IMG/VR virus record: IMGVR_UViG_3300027804_000113
Location: 1-38,407 of that record
DNA from: a virus
Taxonomy: Duplodnaviria > Caudoviricetes
Strand: one strand, 5' to 3'
DNA: 38,407 nt
A program made the position numbers and the translations under genes. Each line of letters starts with the position of its first letter. Positions within the stretch are counted from its first letter, which is position 1. The notes below the pieces were generated by a model. The model did no database searches. It saw only the letters and a program-made list of their open reading frames with translations, and was not told where the DNA came from. This document shows, piece after piece, positions 30,547-38,366 of the stretch.

Positions 30547-30917
30547 TATTTTGCTCCTGTCAAGATGTCGAAAACACGATGGTCTGTCAAAAACTGTTCC
30601 ATGACAGCGTTTGTAACGATTTGGTCCATGCGTTCCTCAATAGCTATCATTGTTTCCAAAGACAACATTGTTGACACGCCACGGCGTGAGCGAATCTCTG
30701 CGGGTACGCCGGTGATGCGGAAAATAGCGGCAAACTGTTGTGCTTTGTTGCACAAGCCGTTGTTGTACAAATCGTAGTAGCAGTTCACTGCGCGGCGAAA
30801 CAAATCAAGTGCTTCGTTCTGAGTGACGTTAGGGCATGGGCCTGAGTCAGGCAACAGCTTCTGAAGAATGTCGGCTTGTTGTTGGAACTTGCCTGTGTTA
30901 TCCCAATATGATTTCAT
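30546..30917 (-). CDS. hypothetical protein
   Basis: RBS AAAGGA; YW..GKFQ...YYDLYNNGLCN motif. Confidence 0.75.
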   Translation of the reverse strand: MKSYWDNTGKFQQQADILQKLLPDSGPCPNVTQNEALDLFRRAVNCYYDLYNNGLCNKAQQFAAIFRITGVPAEIRSRRGVSTMLSLETMIAIEERMDQIVTNAVMEQFLTDHRVFDILTGAK

Positions 30918-30921
30918 GTCG

Positions 30922-31003
30922 TTTCCTTTGTAAAGACCCTCGAGGGGCAAATTAGATGTACCGGTTGGCACATCTCAAAGCCCACTGCATGGGCTTCAAG
31001 ATG
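30922..31003 (-). ncRNA. structured leader element, copy B
   Basis: Same architecture as copy A with compensatory changes. Confidence 0.65.
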
Positions 31004-31012
31004 AGTCATCAC

Positions 31013-31231
31013 TTATTTCCAGTTGGCGTATGGCTCTCCACCACTACAAGCAATGTCGTAAGGGGAAACAATGTGAATTGGCTTGTTGTGAACGTCAATC
31101 AAATTCACTGAAAGATCAAAAAAATCTTCGCGCAATTCGTACAGGCTTTTGCCACCTGTTGTGACAAGAGGAAATTTAGCTTGAACAACCATTACGTTGT
31201 AAGGTTCGCGGCGATAGTGAAGAAATGTCAT
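31013..31231 (-). CDS. hypothetical protein
   Basis: RBS GAGGAG before ATG 31231. Confidence 0.6.
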   Translation of the reverse strand: MTFLHYRREPYNVMVVQAKFPLVTTGGKSLYELREDFFDLSVNLIDVHNKPIHIVSPYDIACSGGEPYANWK

Positions 31232-31241
31232 TTTGTTCTCC

Positions 31242-31451
31242 TCAAGCAATGATGTTGAAACCATTGAAGTGAACGCCGTGTTGCAAAGCATTGATGCCGA
31301 TGAACACGGGGAAAAAACGACCATCAGTGTGTGTCATGATGGTGTAGCGGAGTACTGAACCTTCAGTAGGATATTTTTTCTCTACAGCTTTGTGAGCATT
31401 CTCAACAGTTGCGTAGGTTTTTGTAGGTTCGATTTGAATGAAGTTAGCCAT
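31242..31451 (-). CDS. hypothetical protein (first gene of leftward operon)
   Basis: RBS AAAAGGA; KTYATVENA...DGRFFPVFIG. Confidence 0.7.
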   Translation of the reverse strand: MANFIQIEPTKTYATVENAHKAVEKKYPTEGSVLRYTIMTHTDGRFFPVFIGINALQHGVHFNGFNIIA

Positions 31452-31495
31452 TTCAGTTTCCTTTTAAAAGACCTCAAAACAGAGGCATGAAAAGA

Positions 31496-31523
31496 ATTCT
31501 GATGCCAAAAAAAAATTCGGCAA
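31496..31523 (-). promoter_or_regulatory. putative leftward early promoter
   Basis: TTGCCG-N16-CAGAAT on the - strand with an A/T-rich upstream tract. Confidence 0.5.
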
Positions 31524-31712
31524 GAACTATTTTTTATACTTAACTAAAAAGTAGGGGAATGTCAAACAATTCGAATTCAGGGAATTCCCTGGTGATGCGC
31601 AAGAACAGCAAAAATCGCACGTTTAAGCAATTTATTGTTGCAAATGGATATTCGGTTCGGGGTCATCGCAATCGTTGCACCTCGCATTTTCGTGTTAGAA
31701 AAAAATATAGTT

Positions 31713-31740
31713 TTGCAGTGTCCCGGACCGGCGGCATAAT
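31713..31740 (+). promoter_or_regulatory. putative rightward promoter
   Basis: TTGCAG-N16-CATAAT preceded by an A tract. Confidence 0.55.
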
Positions 31741-31837
31741 CACGGCGAACCCGGCTAGAACTGAAGTCATGAACAGTTTGAAAAGTGAGCCTCCCCACTT
31801 GCCGGTGTTTCTTCAGTGGAGGACAGTTGGAGAAAAA

Positions 31838-32587
31838 ATGTTTCATTATCCGTTTCACGTTGGCGACTACATTGCCGACACCGCGCATCTCAGCATTGAG
31901 GAGGACATCGCATACCGGCGACTGTTGGACCTTTATTACACTAGTGAAAAACCTTTGCCTAATGATGGGAAACAAGTTGCAAGACGAATTCGCATGGGAC
32001 AGCATGAGACGTTAATAGACGCAATATTGCAAGAATTTTTTACCTTGCAAGACGATGGTTGTTGGCATCATTCCCGGTGCGATGATGAGATTGCCAAGTA
32101 TCAAGGATTCATCGAGGCCGGTAAACGTGGGGCGGCAAAGCGATGGTCAAAGGGTGCGGATAGCCTCCCCATTAGCGGGGGCAATAGTAACCAAGAACCG
32201 AGAACCAAGAACCAAGAACCAATAGTTAAGGTCAACAGAGGCTCACGCCTCCAACCCGATTTGCCTTTGCCCGGACTTTGGTTCAGGTTTTGCAAAGACG
32301 AAAGGCCCGAATTAGACCCTTTGAAAACCTTTGAAAAATTCAAAGACTATTGGATTGCTCAACCGGGACAAAAAGGGGTCAAGCTTGATTGGGATGCTAC
32401 ATGGCGTAATTGGGTGAGAAGCACAACAGCGCCCAAATTAAACCCGGCTGACATAGTAAGGCTCACAGTGCCATCTAAAAATGAGCCTGACCCGGCTTTA
32501 GAGAAAATTAAAGCTGATGAAAGAACAACACGCCCACCGACATTAGCTGAACTTGCAAAGATGGCTGAATTGCGGAGAAAAGCATGA
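31838..32587 (+). CDS. replication initiator-like protein (DUF1376/YdaU family)
   Basis: YPFHVGDYIADTAHLS.EE..AYRRLLDLYY, GKRGAAKRW, DWDATWRNW; RBS GGAG before ATG 31838. Confidence 0.88.
   Translation: MFHYPFHVGDYIADTAHLSIEEDIAYRRLLDLYYTSEKPLPNDGKQVARRIRMGQHETLIDAILQEFFTLQDDGCWHHSRCDDEIAKYQGFIEAGKRGAAKRWSKGADSLPISGGNSNQEPRTKNQEPIVKVNRGSRLQPDLPLPGLWFRFCKDERPELDPLKTFEKFKDYWIAQPGQKGVKLDWDATWRNWVRSTTAPKLNPADIVRLTVPSKNEPDPALEKIKADERTTRPPTLAELAKMAELRRKA
32189..32223 (+). repeat. 5 x 7-nt tandem repeat (AACCAAG) within the replication gene
   Basis: aaccaag aaccgag aaccaag aaccaag aaccaat. Confidence 0.8.
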
Positions 32588-32706
32588 CATACGAAATGGC
32601 AATGAAAATCCTTGACAGGGTGCGTGAGGGTATACCTTACCCTGAGTCAATTATTACAAAAGCGTTAGAAATGACAGGCGACCTTGATGGATATGGAACA
32701 TTTTAG
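32584..32706 (+). CDS. hypothetical protein (40 aa, absent from ORF track)
   Basis: Hand-translated MTYEMAMKILDRVREGIPYPESIITKALEMTGDLDGYGTF; ATGA overlap, RBS GGAG. Confidence 0.65.
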   Translation: MTYEMAMKILDRVREGIPYPESIITKALEMTGDLDGYGTF

Positions 32707-32899
32707 GGACTGTGAAGCCCGCGAGTGGATTTCAAGATACAGGAAAAAACACCTTGAGGAAGGTCGTGGAGAGGCTATTGAATGGTGGAACATAACTATC
32801 AGCGAAATAGCAAAAAAAAGGGGACAAATGATTGCAGACGATTTGAAACGCAGAATGAACATACAAAAGGAAAATGATGCGATACGCCGCAAGGATTGA
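32687..32899 (+). CDS. hypothetical protein
   Basis: HFRDCEAREW motif, packed in operon. Confidence 0.65.
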   Translation: MDMEHFRDCEAREWISRYRKKHLEEGRGEAIEWWNITISEIAKKRGQMIADDLKRRMNIQKENDAIRRKD

Positions 32900-33173
32900 T
32901 GCAAACCAAACACAAATCGTGTCAGCACTGAGGGCTGTTGGCGCTACAGTCCAATTACTGTCTGCTGTCGGACAAGGCTGTCCTGACCTACTGGTAGGCT
33001 ATCGTGGAAAAAATATCCTTATGGAAATAAAAGACGGGCGTAAACCGCCATCTGACCGCAAATTGACCTCAGACCAAATTGTTTGGCATACAAGTTGGAA
33101 AGGTGTAGTGTTTTTGGTAACAAGCGTTCATGACGCAATAGACGCACTGGAGATAGAAAATGAAAGATGTTGA
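32874..33173 (+). CDS. VRR-NUC-like PD-(D/E)xK nuclease (resolvase candidate)
   Basis: DANQTQIV, GCPDLLVG, MEIKDG, LTSDQ. Confidence 0.88.
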   Translation: MMRYAARIDANQTQIVSALRAVGATVQLLSAVGQGCPDLLVGYRGKNILMEIKDGRKPPSDRKLTSDQIVWHTSWKGVVFLVTSVHDAIDALEIENERC

Positions 33174-33492
33174 AGAACGGGCGCAATTCATCCGGGACAA
33201 TGCCGGGGCTTATGGGAGTGCTAAAGGCCGCAGAACATACCTTGACGAATTTCGGAAGTCAAAAAAAGCTTTGCTGATGAAAGATGCTTTGCGTAAGGGT
33301 ATCGAGGCCGCTAACGCACAGGAACGTGAAGCCTATGCCAACCCTGAGTACAGGGAATTGTTAGAGGGTTTGGCTTGTGCTATTGAGGAGGAAGAAACCC
33401 TTAAATGGAAAATCGAGGCCGCACGGCTTGACATTGAGATATGGCGCACCCGCCAAGCTACTGAAAGGATGCTTGTAAGGTCGCATGAATGA
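33160..33492 (+). CDS. hypothetical coiled-coil protein
   Basis: RBS GGAG; QEREAYA...IEIWRT. Confidence 0.7.
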   Translation: MKDVEERAQFIRDNAGAYGSAKGRRTYLDEFRKSKKALLMKDALRKGIEAANAQEREAYANPEYRELLEGLACAIEEEETLKWKIEAARLDIEIWRTRQATERMLVRSHE

Positions 33493-33947
33493 GGAAATAC
33501 ACAAAAAGAAAGTTTTGGGCGCTCATTGACCCAATACAACACGGAATCATTGGGGCGGCTATTACGCCTAGACAAACCTTAGACAAACTGCGCTTCACTG
33601 AATACGCCGCATTAGACGCTATCACTAGGGGCAAAGGTACAGTCAGTGATTGGCGTACCCTTGTAGACGTGCTTAACTTGTCAGAAATGATGGCTAAAAA
33701 CGGCGTAGGGCCGGAAGTTTTACCTGTGTGTGATAAAGCCCAAGATGCCCTACACAAAGCCGCTATGCGCTATCAAGCAACCATGAAAATGGGGTTTGAT
33801 GGTGTAGGAATCAAAGCTATCAGGGAATTGTTGGAATACGCCGATTTACAACAAGGAAGCATTAGCCGGTCAGAATTTGAACGCTATGTTAAGAAAACAA
33901 GGGATTACATTAGATCAAACGGCAATTTAGTTGTCGAAATAGAATGA
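33489..33947 (+). CDS. hypothetical protein
   Basis: ATGA-coupled ORF. Confidence 0.7.
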   Translation: MRKYTKRKFWALIDPIQHGIIGAAITPRQTLDKLRFTEYAALDAITRGKGTVSDWRTLVDVLNLSEMMAKNGVGPEVLPVCDKAQDALHKAAMRYQATMKMGFDGVGIKAIRELLEYADLQQGSISRSEFERYVKKTRDYIRSNGNLVVEIE

Positions 33948-34201
33948 ACAACAAACTAACGTCTACAGAACGGCTACACCTAGCAAAAATCAAAGAAATG
34001 CCCTGTGGGGTATGTGGTGAAGCCGGTCCTTCAGACGCTCATCACGTTGAGCAACATATGCAATACCTGTGTATTCCTTTGTGTAAAGATTGTCATCAAG
34101 GTTCGCATAACGGCATACACGGGCGCAGAAGTATTTGGAATGTGTTGAAAAAAAATGAGTTATCTGTCTTGAACGAAACAATCCGTAGGCTTACAATGTA
34201 A
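33944..34201 (+). CDS. small Zn-binding HNH-like nuclease (Ref/DUF968-like)
   Basis: CGVCG...AHH...IPLCKDCHQG...GIHG. Confidence 0.75.
   Translation: MNNKLTSTERLHLAKIKEMPCGVCGEAGPSDAHHVEQHMQYLCIPLCKDCHQGSHNGIHGRRSIWNVLKKNELSVLNETIRRLTM
34169..34197 (+). promoter_or_regulatory. putative promoter for the modification/packaging module
   Basis: TTGAAC-N17-TACAAT, 21 nt before the ferritin-like ATG (RBS GGGAGG). Confidence 0.6.
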
Positions 34202-34218
34202 CTTCAAAGGGAGGCGAC

Positions 34219-34620
34219 ATGGTTAAATTCACAGCAAGGGCAGAGGCAATTCAGCCTAAAGACCCGGTAATGCAATTCACCATGTGTTTGTTGCATAGCG
34301 TCACTAACGGGCATATTTTGCACCTGACAACTACAAGCTATTCCGAACACAAGGCGCTTGAAACATATTACACAGAAATTGGCGACCTTGTTGATGATTT
34401 CATAGAGGCTTTTCAAGGCAAATACGGCTTGTTGACCAAATTTACTACAGACTATGAGTTGCCAAAATCAGCTTTGGAATACATGAGATATTTAAGCAAA
34501 GAAGTGGAAACATTGCGCGTTGCTGATGGTTTTCCTGAAGATTCAGAATTGCAAAATATTACTGATGAAATAGCACAACTGATTGATTCGACTATTTACA
34601 AAATAAGATTCCTAAAATAA
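34219..34620 (+). CDS. ferritin/Dps-like four-helix protein
   Basis: HILHL.T.SYSEHKAL..YY...DDFIEAFQGKYG...LQNITDEI...YKIRFL. Confidence 0.8.
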   Translation: MVKFTARAEAIQPKDPVMQFTMCLLHSVTNGHILHLTTTSYSEHKALETYYTEIGDLVDDFIEAFQGKYGLLTKFTTDYELPKSALEYMRYLSKEVETLRVADGFPEDSELQNITDEIAQLIDSTIYKIRFLK

Positions 34621-34634
34621 CCACAGGACAAGAT

Positions 34635-35237
34635 ATGACAAAACTGAAGATTGTTTACAAACAAACAACTGACCTGATTCCTTATGCTAGAAATTCGCGT
34701 ACACACAGCGAATTACAAATTGGTCAAATAGCCTCAAGCATCAAGGAATTCGGGTTTACATCCCCTATATTGCTCGATGGTGAGAACGGCATCATTGCCG
34801 GTCACGGGCGCTATCAGGCCGCACTCAAAATGAGTATGCGTGAAGTCCCTACAATCGACCTGTCACACTTAACAGACGCTCAAAAACGTGCTTATGTTAT
34901 TGCTGACAACAAGATTGCGCTGAACAGTGGTTGGGATGAGCAGATGCTTGAACTAGAGATTCAAGACCTCCGGGATGCCGGTTTCAACATTGATTTGTTA
35001 GCGTTTGACCCGTCTGAACTCAAATCAGCAAGCGTGGATTACTCCGTGTTAGACGATGAGGAAATTGACGACCAACTTGACGACATGGCAAAAGGTGTTC
35101 GTAAAGCTATTCAAATCGAGTTTGAGCCTGACCACTATGAAGAAGCACAAGAACTGGTCAAGTTTTGGCGCGAACAGGGCGGTTATGTCGGGTATATGCT
35201 TCTCACCTACCTGAAGGCCGAAAAAGACAAGCTGTGA
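34635..35237 (+). CDS. ParB/Srx N-terminal domain protein
   Basis: LIPYARNSRTH, SIKEFGF, IIAGHGR, IADNK; lacks the methylase domain often fused here. Confidence 0.9.
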   Translation: MTKLKIVYKQTTDLIPYARNSRTHSELQIGQIASSIKEFGFTSPILLDGENGIIAGHGRYQAALKMSMREVPTIDLSHLTDAQKRAYVIADNKIALNSGWDEQMLELEIQDLRDAGFNIDLLAFDPSELKSASVDYSVLDDEEIDDQLDDMAKGVRKAIQIEFEPDHYEEAQELVKFWREQGGYVGYMLLTYLKAEKDKL

Positions 35238-35692
35238 AATGTTTTTATTTGGTCGGCTATCACGGATGCGGAAAAACGACCCAAGCAAATCTGCTTGAAA
35301 AACAATTTCCTCATTACAACTACATCGGCGGCAAAGCCGGTTTAGACGCTATTGGTAGCGTGAATGAACTTGTAAGCTTAGTTAAAGCAAGCAAAACCGA
35401 TATGGTCATACACGGCTGTATCTTTCAAACCGAACCTACATTGATGCGCTTATCCCGGCTAACAAGCTTGGAAATAATTGTGATGCACAGTCTTCCGGAA
35501 ACAGTCAAACAAAGAACATTGAAGCGTGGCGCGGCCTCTTACAACCTAGACAAATTCAAAGCGCACTACAGTTTCATTAAAAAATTACCGGGATTGAAAA
35601 AAGTTTACCCTTTTAGGCTTCACATAGTGAACAACAACCGACCTACAGATGAAGTGTTTAAAGACTTGAGGCAAATATGTGCGCCATCATAG
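35234..35692 (+). CDS. P-loop nucleotide/DNA kinase-like protein
   Basis: N-terminal LVGYHGCGKTT Walker A; R..KRG lid motif; GTG start overlapping the upstream stop. Confidence 0.8.
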   Translation: MKCFYLVGYHGCGKTTQANLLEKQFPHYNYIGGKAGLDAIGSVNELVSLVKASKTDMVIHGCIFQTEPTLMRLSRLTSLEIIVMHSLPETVKQRTLKRGAASYNLDKFKAHYSFIKKLPGLKKVYPFRLHIVNNNRPTDEVFKDLRQICAPS

Positions 35693-36276
35693 GTTTTATT
35701 AGCGAAAACCCTACTGCGATTGCTGTAGAAACACTCAAGCGAGTTTTTATTGAGTCAAAGATTCGCGGGATGCACGCTTATGGATACGCCGCTGTTCAGG
35801 ATGGGCGGCTTATGGAACACAAATCAAACGGCCTTAAATCTTTGCTTACAACGATAGACAGACCTACTAGGCTTATAGGTCACTGCCGCTACAGCACAAG
35901 CGGCGACTACAAAGACATGATGAACAATCAACCATTACGTTTTGGCAATGAATATTTAGTGTTCAATGGCGTGATTGATATGCGAACTAAGGCCGAAATG
36001 GAAGCGGCTTACAAAATCAAAATGGAGTCTGACAATGACGGGGAAATCATGCTTCAGTCCGAAAACCGGCTTGGCATGCTGAAGTCCGGGATTACGTTCA
36101 GTGGCCTGACACTCAAATCGCATGCCCTTGCGTTTTTTCGGAATGAGGGTAGGCCCGGCTACAAGGCAACCCGGCACGGAGCAACCTACATTGCTTCTAC
36201 TGCCGACATTTTGCGTAGGTGTTTGCTTGAACCCGAACCCTTGAATGCGCATGAGGTGTACGAATGGACAACATAA
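35677..36276 (+). CDS. class II (Ntn) glutamine amidotransferase domain protein
   Basis: Cys2 (MCAIIG), RGMHAYG, GHCRYST, NQP, FNGVI, DNDGE. Confidence 0.88.
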   Translation: MCAIIGFISENPTAIAVETLKRVFIESKIRGMHAYGYAAVQDGRLMEHKSNGLKSLLTTIDRPTRLIGHCRYSTSGDYKDMMNNQPLRFGNEYLVFNGVIDMRTKAEMEAAYKIKMESDNDGEIMLQSENRLGMLKSGITFSGLTLKSHALAFFRNEGRPGYKATRHGATYIASTADILRRCLLEPEPLNAHEVYEWTT

Positions 36277-37145
36277 CCGAATACTTGAGGTTTCACAGGG
36301 AATCATCAGCCGCAAATGATATTGACCCTCAAAACGACTGTTTGTTATACATAAGCGACAGATACGAACTTAACACCGAGCAAAGATATTGGTTGGCTTT
36401 TTTGTTTGGCACGTGTTATTGCGCACCTACAGTATTTTACATTTACAACGAATTTCCCGATTATCAAACAGTCGATGTAGGCCGATTACAGCGTTGGTGG
36501 GCCGCTAATAGGGAAAAGCTAGTGTTCCAAACAGACCGGGCGCGTGTGCGAAGCAATAATGAGTTTGTAAATTGCTTTAAATCGTACAAAGCTGTTGTAG
36601 GTAACAACCAAGAGGCTTTTTTTAAACGCTTACAACACGTTTCATCAGTAGAAACCTACAAAAACTGCTTAAAAGCTTTAGACAGCCTACATTATTTTGG
36701 TAGGTTCACTATGTTTATTTACCTTGAGATGGTGTCAGTGCTTACTAACACGAAGATGACACCGCACACGCTAGACTTACGCAATGCTGAAAGTTGCCGC
36801 AACGGATTAGCCCTAGCATTAGGCCGACAAGACATATTCACACATTTCAATGACAAGGCGCTAACAAACGAAAACTATGTTGACCTTGAAAAAGGTTTTC
36901 TCCGAATCCTTGAGGCCGTTCAATACGAACCTATCAGGCATCAAGACATTTTTAACATCGAAACAACCCTTTGCGCTTACAAAAAGGTAAAGCTTGGCAA
37001 ACGCTATGTAGGCTTTTACATTGAGCGTATGCGTAAGGAAATTGAGACAATGGAAAAAAACGTGCCTAAAGGCGTAGATTGGTCTGTTTTATATCAATTT
37101 CGAAATAAAAACTATCATCCAAAATTTCTGAAGGAAAAGAAATGA
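36264..37145 (+). CDS. amino acid:DNA transferase-like protein (aGPT-PPlase clade 2, HhH glycosylase fold)
   Basis: EQRYWLAFLFG, FQTDR, FGRFTMFIYLE, IETTLCAYKK..G.RYVG; kinase neighbour. Confidence 0.72.
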   Translation: MDNITEYLRFHRESSAANDIDPQNDCLLYISDRYELNTEQRYWLAFLFGTCYCAPTVFYIYNEFPDYQTVDVGRLQRWWAANREKLVFQTDRARVRSNNEFVNCFKSYKAVVGNNQEAFFKRLQHVSSVETYKNCLKALDSLHYFGRFTMFIYLEMVSVLTNTKMTPHTLDLRNAESCRNGLALALGRQDIFTHFNDKALTNENYVDLEKGFLRILEAVQYEPIRHQDIFNIETTLCAYKKVKLGKRYVGFYIERMRKEIETMEKNVPKGVDWSVLYQFRNKNYHPKFLKEKK

Positions 37146-37918
37146 AACGTGTCGAACTTGTACAAATTCCTCATAGCGTCAAAATTGGCGATTCATGCGG
37201 TGATATTGAACCAAACGTGACAGAGGATTGCGTGTTTTACGCTGATGGTGAGCCTGTAGGCTTTTACATCAAGCAAATCACGGGAAAATTAGCGCAATTC
37301 ATAGACGTTGCTAATGCTGAATTGCTTTCAGACCGAGTGCCTAAAAGCCTGATGAGGCGCTCAAGCGGCCTAACAAACGCTGAGAACGAAGTGGAGCAAT
37401 ACAGTACCATCATTGGTTCTTGCCCTCCAAAGCCTCACATGAGGCGACCTTACCCAACAATGTCTAGCGTTCATTCAGTGAAATCAGCCTCGACATTTAT
37501 CAAAGCGATGATGCTTGCCTGTAGGGAATCAGAGCAACTTATCAAAGAAATTACACCAAGCATTTATGAACGACAAAAATCTATCATTGAGACAAAAGTA
37601 CCACCGCAATGGCGGTTTGGGGAATTATTCACATCGAGTATTAGCAACTTCAACATTAGCGCACCATTCCACCGGGATGCGGGCAATCTTGAGGGCTGTG
37701 TCAACGTCATCATCGCCAAAAAACAGAATGCAAGGGGTGGTAACACGACTGTTCCGGACTACGGCGCAACAGTGGACAGTAGAGATAACTCCATGCTTGT
37801 ATACCCGGCTTGGCGCAATGTCCATGGAGTAACCCCCATATTGCCTACCCAAAAGGGGGGTTATCGTAATAGCCTAGTGTTCTACCCTCTCAAAGCATTT
37901 AATACCTATTGGGACTAA
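37142..37918 (+). CDS. TET/JBP-like 2OG-Fe(II) dioxygenase
   Basis: FTSSISNFN, HRD (HxD), HGVTPI (distal His), RNSLVFY (2OG-binding Arg). Confidence 0.82.
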   Translation: MKRVELVQIPHSVKIGDSCGDIEPNVTEDCVFYADGEPVGFYIKQITGKLAQFIDVANAELLSDRVPKSLMRRSSGLTNAENEVEQYSTIIGSCPPKPHMRRPYPTMSSVHSVKSASTFIKAMMLACRESEQLIKEITPSIYERQKSIIETKVPPQWRFGELFTSSISNFNISAPFHRDAGNLEGCVNVIIAKKQNARGGNTTVPDYGATVDSRDNSMLVYPAWRNVHGVTPILPTQKGGYRNSLVFYPLKAFNTYWD

Positions 37919-37943
37919 CATACATTCATAACATAAGATACAA

Positions 37944-38366
37944 ATGCCTTACCTACCATCTAACACTAAGTGTGCTCAACTTGGTTGTAAAGAATTAAGA
38001 AGCAAATTAAATACTTATTGCCTACAGCATGGTGGCAAAGAGTGGGTGAAGACTGAGTCAGCGAGTATCTATCAGACACCTGCTTGGCGCATTATTCGGG
38101 ATAGACAACTATCACTACAGCCCCTGTGTCAAGCCTGTTTGTTAGACGGACACGTAGAAATAGGCAATCACGTTGACCACGTGTTCCCTTGGAAGCATAT
38201 AGGCAATAAGGCATTCCTCAACAACGTGTTTCAAACCCTGTGTGTAGCACACCACTCTCATAAGACAGGACAAGAGAGACAAGGCAACTATGAACACTAC
38301 ACAACAGGGGGTCTAAAGGTTTACACTGAGCATGACTACACGGCAGTTATGAGGGAAAACCCTTGA
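37944..38366 (+). CDS. packaging-associated HNH endonuclease (HK97 gp74-like)
   Basis: YCLQH, PLCQAC, VDHV, N.FQTLCVAHHSHKT; precedes terS on the circular map. Confidence 0.9.
   Translation: MPYLPSNTKCAQLGCKELRSKLNTYCLQHGGKEWVKTESASIYQTPAWRIIRDRQLSLQPLCQACLLDGHVEIGNHVDHVFPWKHIGNKAFLNNVFQTLCVAHHSHKTGQERQGNYEHYTTGGLKVYTEHDYTAVMRENP

Noticed and set aside
26940-31500. CRISPR, TIGR or similar repeat-spacer array
   Set aside because: No regularly spaced direct repeats flank the capsid-matching segment; the leader repeats are separated by whole genes; no cas-like genes recognised
31559-31837. N-terminal extension of the replication protein as given in the ORF track
   Set aside because: Family motif and RBS begin at ATG 31838; the upstream part holds the promoter and leader. 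Likewise I shortened the starts given at 22, 5879, 30254, 30971 and 35165.
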